This document shows, in pieces, positions 22,324-34,300 of a stretch of DNA of 64,000 bases. The notes beneath the pieces were generated by a model, which saw only the letters and a list, made by a program, of their open reading frames with translations, did no database searches and was not told where the DNA came from. How positions within the stretch are numbered: the first letter of the stretch is position 1; every line of letters starts with the position of its first letter. Both the position numbers and the translations under genes were made by a program. Source of the DNA: Podarcis filfolensis (lineage: Eukaryota); the NCBI GenBank assembly GCA_964270895.1, contig OZ185435.1, one strand, 5' to 3'.

Positions 22324-24984
22324 ATACATTTAATTTCATGAACAGGCAGAGCAGGGACTTGATACATACCGTTGCAAGTATATCAATCTCTTCCCCCACA
22401 CAAAGGAAAGTACGTTTCAACTAAAGGAAACCTTTCTAGTTGGGGTTTAGAAGAACTTCAGCTTCACTTTCATTTTAGCCTACTGTTCTAGCTTTCTTTC
22501 TATACCAGAAGTAAAAAATGCAATATAATGAAAAAAGAGAAATAAAAAAACTTTATCTAGTCTAGTATTCTGTACCCACGGTGTCACAATCACATGCTCT
22601 TGTGTATCTGAGAACCTGTGTATGCATGCATTCACATGCATATTTTCAAAACAGATTCATAGTAAAGCACAACATATATGCAAACTCAAAGGTGCATTTT
22701 ATAGCCAATATTCTAACACATTCAAACTTCTAGTCTAGAGAAAAGCAAGAGTTCCTATGCTACAAGGTGTAAAATTAAGTGGTGGAGCTATGAGACCCCG
22801 GGAAGATAGAGAGAATTTGCCAAAGGTGATCTACTGAGGCTCAGCTGAGGTAAAGACCAGGACCAAGACCATAACTAGGGCCAGGAATTCTATGCCCTAG
22901 TGACTTCAGCTCTTTGGGGAACCAAACTTCATGCTACTGGGTGACAGAACCCTTATCAGGCTTCTTGATCTGGCACCCAGCACTGCGTAAAAGGTGTACC
23001 TTGAGAGTGACATGGAGTTGCATGGACAGTTGCTGGAGGGGTGACTGAAAGACACAGACTGATGCTCAAACTACCCTAAAGTAAGGTCTGGAGATCTCTA
23101 GTCTGGTAGGTACAAGGAAGGGGTCCAGTGATATAATGAGGAGGATTTTAGTGACATCTAGGTGGAGTGAAAGGCAATTATCAGTGGGAGAATCTACCCT
23201 TCTGGGAGGTGTGTGTGTACATGAGGGAGTGTAATCAAGAGAGATTCTCTCTCAGGTTGACTCTCCTTCTGTCTCAAGGGATCAAGAAAAGGAACTAAGT
23301 TTTTGAGGTTTGCATTCAGTGACCTTTTCATTTTCACTGTCTTTTAGTCTCATCATCATTGCAACTCAGCATTTTCAGTTATTTAATCATCAAGGTTCCT
23401 GCCACACAGCAACTTGCTAGAGGGGGTCAGAAAAAGTAGGCAAAGGGGGCAATTACTCAGGGTTGTTCTTCTGCTGCTGTTCCCCCTACAACTGGTATTC
23501 TGTGGCCTGCTGCCTCTGATCCAGGTGGTAGTATATAGACATATCCCCATGAATTTGTCAAATCCTTTTTTAAAGCTCTCCTATGGTAACAAATTTCAAT
23601 TTTGCAGGTGTGTGAAGTACTTCCCTTTATCAGTCCTGAATCTCCCACTTCGCTGAATGGCCTCAGGCTCCAGCACTAAGACAGAGCAAGAGGAAAGTTC
23701 TCTCTATCCACTTGCTTCACATCATGTATAATTTTATTTCCCTCTGACATGCACCCCCTTTAAAAAAACTAAAAAAGTTACCCAATGTTTTTGGTTTACC
23801 TTTTCCACACTTTCCAGCTCTACAGTATCCTATTTTGGGACGTGACAGACAGAATCATTGGCACGTAATTTTCCCTTTTCACTTCTGTCACACACACTTT
23901 TAATAATATTTTTTATTGTTGATCTTAATGTTTTTAGCTATATGCGCCTCAAACCTTACTTTCTTTTTTGAATTTGTTTTGCAAGCATGTGTTCCATTTT
24001 GTTCTCCTTAATTGAGCAAGACCTCCCATTTTGTGAAAGGAAGAAGCCTTATTGCCTCTAACAGCTTCCTTGCTTCTATTCCACTAGCATCTTCCCTGAC
24101 TTGTAGTATACATTCGAGCTATGCTTCTATTCTTGTAATTCTGAATAACACCAATATGCTTTGGAGAGATTTCACCCTCTAGTCTTTCACTTTCAACTTG
24201 ACTTTCAACCAATCATTTCATTTTTGAGATTTCATTTTTTGAAGTCAAATGTGACTGTGGACATCCTTAGCCATTCTCTACTCTGCTTACATATATGTTG
24301 AATTTGCTAACTCTTTGGTTACTGTTTCCAACTAGTTGAACAACACTTAAATATTGCACAAAGTACTGGCACCACTTACAAGTAAGTTCAGGGTCGCATC
24401 TCAGATAAGTTCCATGACCAAATGTTCTACAGCACAATCATTTAGGATATTTAGAAATTTTAACTGTCTGTCATGACTAGAACATGGGCGGACTACAGTC
24501 ACGTGTGACTTCTCTATTTTTTTTCAACTAGCGATCCAACGTATCCATTCTTGCCTTAGTAGATAAGACATGTATTGTTGGATAAGACCAGTGTTAGCCT
24601 ACTCCCACATTCTTGGCAAGAATTCTACCAACCAGCAGGCCAACCAGAAATCAGTGATTCACCCATGGACTACTACAAAGTTTCAACCCACACTTGGATT
24701 AAAGGATCCTTGGGATACTGTAACAGCATGTCAAATGATTTTTCTTCATTCAGAGCATGTACATATATTCTTGCCACTTTTGCAAATAATAACAACCACA
24801 CCCATTTTAAATATTTCTCCTTATTTACCCTGTACTTTGACTCATGTAGATGCAGTGCCTACAGCTACAGGAAGGGCACACCCATCTTACTTGGTGTAAG
24901 CTGCTACAATTCAGACAGACAAAAACAAATGGCAAAATAAATCCCTCCTGAAGCAACACCTATGCACATGACACACACACTCAC

Positions 24985-25091
24985 CTGCTCCATCTACCCC
25001 TAGTGCTGCAGGAACCCCCTGCTTGTGCTGTGCTCTGGGCATCTGACTGGCATCTCTAGCCTTGGATCCCCAATGTGCTTTTTCCCCCTGC
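24985..25091 (-). other. ATG9A: Predicted ATG9A 5' UTR exon 2 (107 nt)
   Basis: Strong acceptor TTTTTTCTTTTCAG| and donor CAG|GTGAGT, located between the CpG-island exon and the ATG exon (acceptor at 21939). Confidence 0.6.
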
Positions 25092-25193
25092 CTGAAAAGA
25101 AAAAAGGCAGGATGTACACTGGAGACGGAGACTTTCAAGGGGCAAGTGGCCGTTCGGCTGGCAGGATGACTCTTGGAGGCTGCTGGTTCCACT

Positions 25194-25456
25194 CAGGGCT
25201 GGATTTAGGTTTGCTGAGGCCCTAAGCTACTGAAGGTAATGGGGCCCTTTATATGTCCAGCTGTCAGCAATTGTTGCTGTTTTTTGTGTTGAATATATGC
25301 TATATGGTAATTTATGGACCTAATAGGTACATACACAACACAAAACACTGTTGCTGTATGTGGGTTTTAATTTATTTGTTTTTATCTTATATTTTGGTGT
25401 TTTTTCCTTTTAAATTTTTTTGAGGGCCCCAAAATTTATACGTAGATCCGGCACTG
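25194..25456. mobile_element. hAT MITE
   Basis: Imperfect TIRs CAGGGCTGGATTTA / TAGATCCGGCACTG and an exact 8-bp TSD GTTCCACT (25186-25193, 25457-25464). Confidence 0.85.
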
Positions 25457-25978
25457 GTTCCACTCAACACTCTCCAACCCAAAACAGGACCAGCTCCAGG
25501 CCCCTTTTGTGGGGTTGATTGGCGTCGGCGGGAGAAAGAGAGCGAAGAAGGGGCTGGTTCTGCTCCCCCGGCGCCCGCGAATCAAAGGAGAGGGAATCCA
25601 GGGAGAGGCGGCCTGCTCCGCCAGGTGAGGAAGGGCCCCCTTTGGGTTGCACCTTAACCCTCTCACCCCCTGGGATGGACTGAGCCGGAGGGGAGCCAGC
25701 TCACTCGCCGGATCCCTCCTCCCGAGTTGGAAAGGCAGCGCTGCCAGGCACAGCGGAGAGAGGGACCGCGGAGGGGGCTTTTCCTTGGGCGGCCCCAGGC
25801 AGCTCCTCCGCGGCTGTTTTGTTTTGGCTGAGCCGGGCCGGGAGGGGCCTTCCTCGGAGGTTGTTTACTTGGGAAGCGGGAGGGAGGCGGCGCGGCGGGG
25901 ATTCCAAGGCGAGGCCCACGTCCCCGTCCCCCCCCCCCCCACGGCCATCCCTTTCCCGGCGGCGGCTGCGCGGCTCAC

Positions 25979-26100
25979 CTCCAGGACAGTCGCCCCTAGT
26001 GACCGGACCCGGGGCTCAGCCTCCTCCGCCGCCGCGACTTCCCAGGCTCTGTCTGTCACTCACTTTCTCTCTCTCTCTCTCTCCCCGCCCCGCTCGCCTC
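25979..26100 (-). other. ATG9A: Predicted ATG9A non-coding exon 1 (5' end approximate)
   Basis: Donor GAG|GTGAGC at 25979 inside the CpG island, downstream of CCAAT and GC boxes. Confidence 0.65.
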
Positions 26101-26289
26101 CTACCTTGTCCCGACCGGCGGGCGCTTTCCGCTGCCAATGGGAGGCCGGGAAAGGACGAGGAGGTGGGATCGGGGAGGGCCAATGGGAAAGCTGCGGTGG
26201 GGGGAGGAAGAGGAGGAGGCGGGGCGGGGAAAGGATTGTCTCCGACGGGAGGGGGCGGGGTCCGTGACAAACGGAAGTGACGTGCGCCA

Positions 26290-26352
26290 GAGGGCGAAGG
26301 TCCGCAGCGAGAGGAGTAGAGGCGCCTCGTGTGATTTCCAGCCCGGAGTGTG
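26290..26352 (+). other. ANKZF1: Predicted ANKZF1 non-coding exon 1 (5' end approximate)
   Basis: Donor GTG|GTAAGC at 26352 just downstream of the ETS/CRE motif. The ATG exon starts at acceptor 28375. Confidence 0.6.
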
Positions 26353-27819
26353 GTAAGCGCCCCCTGTTCCGACAGCATCCCCAGGGCCTCCTGAAACACT
26401 CGGGGTCGCGCTGCTTATCTCTCTTGGCATCTTCCCCGCTGCATTTCTCCGCCAGCCCTGCTGAACGTGGCAGCTGACACGGGTTTCTTCTAGCAGGAAG
26501 GGCGCCTGAACAATGATTCACCCCGTCATATGAACCCCTGGCAGTGAATGGTGGCTCAGCTCTCAGGACTAATACTTAAAGAAGTCTTGGAATACTTTAA
26601 TAGCATGTCAAAGGATATTGTTGGTTGTTGTTTTTTTCCGAGGGGGGGGGGGAAATACCCTGACAAATACCCTGAACCTGCTCACTTGCAGGTCCAGATC
26701 CACCAGTTAAAGACCAGTAGATTCAGGCGATTGATTTTCTTGACACATGTCGGCCATCACCCGCGCTGGCCTTTTCCTCCTTTGCTGTAACTTCTTGTGC
26801 ATGTGTAATCCTTATGACTCAATAGCTAGCCTTAAGTAATTAAAATAATAATAATAGCTAGCCTGTTTTGTCCTGTGGTTTCTGTGTCTCTATTATGACT
26901 TGTGAGAAGTTTTTTCCGCTGTCTCTTGCTCTGTTGTTATGTTGCTGCTTGCAGTGTAGACAAATGATGTTATCTTCTTATACTTGACCCTGCGACTGTG
27001 TTATGTAGCCTGCACAACTGGTTTGGTGACCTTTCTGCCCCACCTTCACCTTTGGTGGGGTGAATGACTGACTTATCAGTCAGTCTGAAACAGCTGATGT
27101 AGCCTTCATTTACTGGCCTTCCTTGATCTGGTCATTATTTTTAATGCACAGTTGCACCTCAGTACAATTGTGAGTGAACTACTGCACAATTCTCCAAGAC
27201 ACACAGCTTTTCAGACTAACTCTTTCCAACTCTTGACTAACCGTTAAAGACTTTTAATACTGTAATAATATCTGTTGCAAGCACCACTAGGAAATTGAGA
27301 CATATCATAGAGGCACCAAGAGATTTTGGATCTTTTGGACACTAGTTGGTACACAGAAAGTTTGAGAGCAGCTGTGTGCTGGTCATCTGATCCCAGAGCT
27401 TAGTATCTTACGCTGTTGTAAAATAGAATTGATTATTTCTGCCCCAGCAACATCTTATTTCAGTGTTGTACCAGGGCCAAAAAATATAAAAATATGAAAG
27501 GAGTGGGGCCTCAATACAGTAATAGAATAGTCAGTCCTGATTTAGAAGGGACGTCAGTGACACTATCCACAAAATGTTCTTCCCAGGTAACCATGTATGC
27601 AGGTGCACTTTCATGAACCTGAGGAGAAAAGGTATCTCCAAGAATAATTGACTTGACCTAAAATGGGCAGTGCTTGTTTTGTTTTATTTATTTCATAAAA
27701 TGTATTCATTGCTTGATTGCTAAAACAGACACACACATATCCTCAAAGCTGCTTACAAAACAACCCGCTTGCTGCCCTACCATGTATTTATAATAAGGAA
27801 TAGAAGCCTTTATCTTATA

Positions 27820-28041
27820 CAGTGGTAACTCAGGTTACATACGCTTCAGGTTACATACGCTTCAGGTTACAGACCCAGAAATATTACCTCGGGTTAAGAA
27901 CTTTGCTTCAGGATGAGAACAGAAATCATGCTACGGCAGCAGGAGGCCCCATTAGCTAAAGTGGTGCTTCAGGTTAAGAACAGTTTCAGGTTAAGAACGG
28001 ACCTCCGGAATGAATTAAGTACTTAACCCGAGGTACCACTG
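27820..28041. mobile_element. Second copy of the Tigger/pogo-like MITE, opposite orientation
   Basis: TA-CAGTGGTAACTC...GAGGTACCACTG-TA. The interior is reverse-complement similar to 2643-2884. Located in ANKZF1 intron 1. Confidence 0.85.
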
Positions 28042-28377
28042 TATGTCATATCTGGTATAGGCTTGGAATCATATGTCTCCCTAAGAATTGCTGCCCGTAG
28101 AAAGGAGAATGAAGGGTGCATCTTCATTGTCAATAGGAGAAATAGGAGAAAGCTACACCTATTGTAAAAATTATACTTTCTGTGTGTTACAGACACAGAA
28201 ATCCAGCCCTGGGAGGTGGGGGCTGTTTTTTTGTGTTTGTCCCTTGAGGACAAAGGAGATTTTTCATAACTCCTCATTGAATATAGAGATATAACAGCTG
28301 GATGTGTTGTTAACCGTAGGAGTGGAGGGTCCCTTTCCAAATAAGCTTGCTGATTTTCTCTCTCTCTCCCTCAGATC

Positions 28378-31300
28378 ATGCAGCCTGCTGAGACCTTGTC
28401 TGTGTTTGATGCAGCTCAGAATGCAGCTTTAATGAATGGACTTTGCCTTGTAACTGAATCATCAGGAGATGTCACATCGGTGGCCATTCCAGGTACTGCT
28501 TTTAAAGGGCCATATATCTGGGAAAGGGTTCTGGCCAAGGGTTCACCAGGTTTGCGGAGTTCATGACTCATGAGTTTAAAACTACGGTTGGTGAAAACAC
28601 ATAAGGATTTGAAACCACAGTTTGATCTTGGCTTGTTCTTGGTAACCAAGCAACAATTCCCGAAGCTCAAACATCTTGGAAAACTTTTAGTTTAAAATGG
28701 GAATCAAATGCTTCTGATTTTATCCTCATGACCACAAAAAGAGGAAGCTGAAGGCTTTCTGTGGCTTATTCATGTAATGAGAAACCATGGTTTCCTTTTG
28801 TGTTTGTTAGTGTGTCACTTTATGACATCATCAGTGTGCCGCTTTAGTAATTTTGCATCTTTGTCAATTAGTTAAAACCAGTTATGTTTAAACTAAATAC
28901 TGGGGCTGTTTGTGTATTCCATCCAGGATTCTTCCTATTGAGGTGTTAGTGATACTCTCTCACACACAATATTTCTCGATTCCTTTTTTTTTTTTTTGTT
29001 TTCATTCTAATGTTTAAGATTTGCAGCCTTCTGTATCAGGATTTTCACATTCTTAAGCCCCTCAGAATTCGCTGAGGTGTTATACATTTGAGTTGTGTTA
29101 AATAAAGATTTACAATCCTTCATACATAACGGTATTTCTGCCAGTAACTGTGTTCATTTTCATTCTGTTCACTACAGTGACTAAGGGACCAGATCGACCT
29201 AGTAGGATCTTAGAGGTGTCAGACAGGATGTACTGCTCTGCCTGCTCAAAAGCCTTTGACAATAGAGAGGAGCAGGTGGGTGTTGCTGAATATTTTTGAA
29301 CAATGCTTTCTGTGGGAACAGGATGGTGCAAAAATCCATTTGTCTCTTGTCCTCAGATGAAATGCAGTATCCAGTAGATCAACAGCATGAATCTGGATAT
29401 GGCCAGTGGGATAGATCCTTATCTCTATTACTACTCCTACTCCTACTACTATTTATTAAATTTGTATACCGCCCTATACCTGCAGGTCTCAGGATGGTTC
29501 ACAGGATAAAATCACAATATAAAAACACAACATACATAATTAAAACAAAAACAACGCAATAACACCCCTCCCCAAATTAACCTACCCTACTCTCTGCACT
29601 GGCCAAATTTGACAGGTGGGTGGAGCCACCTCTCCTTTCAGTCACCTCACAATGACTGGTGATATAGTGCTTTAAAGTTCCAACAATCAGTTGATCATCA
29701 GGGCTTCAAAGTGTTGTGCAGTTTGATCCTGTGCACTGCACTCTTATCAGCTGGTCATTGGGACTTCAAAGCTGAAATGTTTGCACTGACAGAAAAACCA
29801 CTGTTGAATTACTCCCACAGTTAATATATAAAAGGGAAGCTATAAGTAACAGCTTGCAACATTGTTTTATCAAGAGATGGCCCTTGTTTATTCAGTACTG
29901 AATGAAAAAGTGATAGATAATTTTCTACATAAAATTGTTTCTCATTGATATAACACATTCTTTCTCCCCTCTCTTCCTTTTGGCATTTTTGCTTTTTTGA
30001 ATGTCAAAGTATAAAAATATAAATTAAAAAAGTAATATTAGAACTCTGAATCACCTAATAAAGCTGATTGATGAAAGATTCAGGGCAGACAAAAGGACTT
30101 CCTCATATAGTTAAAACTATGCAATTTTTTCTCCTGGGATGTAGTGAGGGCCACAAGCTTGGTTGGCCTTAAAGAGGATTAGACAAACTCAGGGGTGGGG
30201 AACTGGATCCAATCTGCAGGCCAGATCCTTAATTCCTCCATCCTCTCTAGGCTAATTTCTTTAACCAAGCTGTAACTGCTAGGCAGCTAATCTGTGGTTG
30301 TAGCAAGCTTCTTTGTTGTCTGTTTGCAGGTGCAGTTTGGATTCAAATTGCACCCGCAAAGGATTTCAAAGGGACTTGCTGCAAGGCTTTTTTAAGGTGC
30401 GCTGTCAGTCAAAGTATGCCTTCAAAGATGCTCATTAACAGTGCTGCTCAGGACTGTCAGCAAGCCTCACTTGCAAAGGGACAATCAAGCGCTCACTTCA
30501 AGCTACCAATTGTTCCTTTGTAAGCATCTGCTTACCTGCCCCAAATCTCATGTCACATATGAAGTGAGGTTTGGAAGTGGGCATGTTGAAGAAAACAGCC
30601 TCGTGGATCCAATTAGACCCATGATTTGAAGAATCCCCACCCCTGTAATAGAGAATAAGGCTATCAATGGCACCCAGTCTTAATGGCTATGTTCTGCCTC
30701 TATTATCAGAGGCAATATGTCTGAATACCAATTGCTGAGAATCACAAGTGGGGAAAGAGTTGTTGTGCTCAGGTCCTGTTTGCAGGCTTCCCATAGGTAT
30801 CTAATTAGCCACTGTGAGAGCAGAATGCAGGACTAAGATGAACCTTTGGTCCAATCTATCAGGGCTGTTCTTATGTTCCTAAGATTTCAAGTCCCCCAAA
30901 TCACAACAAAAATAGGATTTTGTATGATGGGAATTGTAGTCCCTATACTCATAGTAATAACTGATGTGCAACTTCCATATTGGACTGACCCAGATACTGT
31001 TTTATGTCCTTAATTAAGCACTCGGTATTTCATGATCATTGCAAAGAGGTGCTTTTGCCTTCCCTATGTAGCCTGAGATATAGATGCCGAACACTGAACC
31101 AGTTACTACTGTGGCCTATGTTGGCTCTCCCACTGTCCCTTTCTTTTCCTGTTCAGACTGAGCATTATCGACTAGATTGGCATCGTTTCAACCTAAAGCA
31201 GCGGCTCCTGGGTCACCGCATGCTCACAGCTGAAGAATTTGAGGCAAAGACTCAAGCAGGTGAGAGGCACATGATATGGGTTCAATAGCTGAGAGTCCTC

Positions 31301-34300
31301 CATTGAGGTGGGTTGGACTAGATGACCCTTGGTGTCCCTTTCAACTCTAAAATTTATTATTCTATGAATACTACTCAAGAGCTCTGATGGTCCTAATGAG
31401 TTCCATTTTGCCTTAACAATGATTCCAAGCATCCAGCTTCACAGGCATTCATTAACAGACTGGGTAGAATAAGTCTCAGATGGGTGCCTTAGACTCAATC
31501 TCATCCAGCATGGGATGCTAGTTCATTTCACAGTTTATTACTATAATGACCCCTTTGGTTTGACTCTAGCTATGACAACATACTCCATTAGTCAAATGTA
31601 TGTCCAAAGGAGCTCAGTCGTCTAGATCCACACAAATATTTCCTCCCTGCTGTGGTCCTGAGCTGTCTTAAGTAGAGAATTTTCCAGCTTTACCAGTCCA
31701 GACTGTCTTCTTTGCATGAGAATGCTCTGTCTTTCTGCCTCATGGGCAGGAGTTTCAGATATAAAATTCCAGAAATAGGATCTCTGGAATCCGTTACATG
31801 ATGCACTTCCTTCTTGACTGTGTGATTTTCTTTTCTGTTACTACCTTGGTCCACAGGTGATGTCTCCAGCATCTCTGGGTCGGATTCCAGTGACTCTGAC
31901 TTGGACAATGAATCTGAACCACCCAACAGTGAAGGCAGTCATCGGAGCCCCTCTCCATGTCGACGCTCCCAGCGGGTTCTGTTCAGAAATGCCCAAGGCC
32001 AGCTCATCTCAGTTTATCGCTGTGTGCTGAACACTATGAAGGCATGTCACAGGATAACAAAGCAAAGAGCCTACTGGATCTCATTCCTTTTCTTGCTTTT
32101 GGTCCCTTCCTGTTTTAGTTACCAGCTGTCTCTCACCAAATGATAAATGCCTGTCACGAACACACACACACCAAGAGGATAATGCTGTGGCCAGGTTTTA
32201 AAGGAAGTCTAGTGTCTGTTGCAATAAGCATAAAAGCGGTTGGTCTTAATTTTCCCACCTACTATCTTGCTTTAATTGCAAACTCTTCCTCCCAAGCAGG
32301 TATTATAATTTCAGCCAGTTGGGACTGTGTTGGCTTGTTGCCATAAATGTGTGGGTTTCTCTCTTAAGTCCTGCACAGTTCCTCTAGTCACCTGACTGAC
32401 TTTTCCTTGCCCATTAATTTTTAACACCATTTTGCTTTCCTGATATTACTCTTTCTCATAACTGTCAACTTTTCCCTTTTCTTGCGAGGAATCCTATTAG
32501 GAATAAGGGAATTTCCCTTTAAAAAATGGGAAATGTTGACAGCTATGCTTTCTGTTTTGTAACTGATGCTTTCCTAGAAGAAACCTGAATTTCTGCAGGA
32601 TGAAAGAAGCATTTCCCCCACTTCCAAAACTCTGTGGGAAGGGAACATCCCTTGAAATCCTTTTGTCTGTTTGGGACCAGCTAACACCCTGCCCACCCTG
32701 TTTAACAGCCAGGCTGAAAGCTGCTCTCATTGCTCAGTCAGTAACCTCTCGCTAACTGAAGGGGTCTTTTGTCCATCCAGGGCAGCGTGGAGGAGCCTGA
32801 AGAGCTAGTGGCGTCCCTTCAGAGACAGAGCTCAGGAACCTCCTGGGTGATCCTAATGGCTGGCGGGGGACACTTTGCAGGAGCTGTCTTTAAGGGGTAA
32901 GAATGCAGAGGGGGATGTCTATCATGCGGGTCAACTTGCGAGCTGTAACATCTGCCTTAAGAGTGTGGCTGTGTCAGAAGGCTGATAAACCACGATCCCA
33001 CATGTGCTTCCAGGCCAGCATTAATGCTCATCTCATGGTCTCCACTAAGCAGTTTCCTGAAAGTTCATGAAGAGAGAGATTGGGTGGGTGGAGAATGTAG
33101 AGTGCTTTACATTTGTAATCTGCTGGACCCCATTCAAGGTGCAAATCAGATGAGGAACCTGTGGCCCTCCTGATGTTGGATTCCAACTCCCATCATCCCC
33201 AGCCAACATGACCAATGCTCAGGTGGATGTTGGAGCTGTAGTCCAACATCATCTGCAGGGCCACAGGTTCCCCATCCCCCAGATTCAAGGAGTTTATCAG
33301 TAGGCAGGAAGGCTAGAAGTGGACGCAAAGCATAATCATGATGAGGCAAAGCAAATTCAGCCAAGAACAACCACATGATGTGTGTGTGCAAAAACAGTCT
33401 CCACCTCAATACTGACTCACCAGCACCTCCTCCCTGGAGAAACTTGAGGTCTTCATGGATGCATGCAATATAAAGCAGCTCATTTTGTGAGCTTGAGGAT
33501 GTGAGATAAAAGGTCTTCATCCTTTCCTAAGCCACTTCAGTCTAACACGAACGAAGACATCTGATCCATCCATCTCAATATTGCCTACAAAAGAGTGGGG
33601 AACCTGTGGCCCTCCGGATAGTGTCAGACTACAGAGCCCCATCATCCCTGACCATTGGCCATTCTAGTTGGGACCAGTGGTGGTTGGAGTCCAGCAACAT
33701 CTAGAAGGCCTCAGGTTCCATATTCCTGGTATGGATAAAACCTGAGTCCATTTTGGCTAGACTTGGTTCCTAGTGAAGACATTCATGCTAAGATGATGAT
33801 TCTGGATGTCGGTCTTTGCTGTAGGCTTACCGTCACTTTCTTCCCAGAAATGAGGTGCTGGAGCATAAGACGTTCCATCGGTATACAGTGCGAGCTCGCC
33901 GAGGGACAGCCCAAGGTGTGAGAGATGCTCAAGGGTCTATGCCAAAATCTGCTGGGGCCACACTGCGGCGCTACAATGAGGCTGCCTTGCTCAAGGTGAG
34001 TGCGGACCCTAGTAGAACCAAGGGTGAACACACACAATGAAAAGGTGACAGCTATTTGAGAGCTTTGCTGTTTGAGTAAGATTGTCCCAGCTGTTCTGCC
34101 TTCACAAAGGAAAGATGCCGTTGACTTTTACTGCAAGTCTATGCCAGTTCTTGTCAGTAGTCTGTGCATTAAAACAGTGACAGAAGAGGAGGATAGACCG
34201 CTCTAGTCCCAATGATGTAGACCAGGGCAGGCAATGTGGTGTCTTCCAGATGCAGTCCATCAATGAGTCCCATCATCCTTGACCATTGGCCCTGTTGGCT

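Larger units (their letters stand above)
25500..26480. promoter_or_regulatory. CpG island, bidirectional ATG9A/ANKZF1 promoter
   Basis: GCCAATGGGA twice (CCAAT at 26135 and 26180), GC boxes at 26221 and 26252, CGGAAGTGACGT (ETS plus CRE half-site) at 26272-26283, and divergent donors at 25979 (-) and 26352 (+). Confidence 0.85.

Noticed and set aside
25647-26521. ORFs of up to 206 aa across the ATG9A/ANKZF1 promoter
   Set aside because: CpG-island artefacts overlapping promoter motifs and UTR exons.
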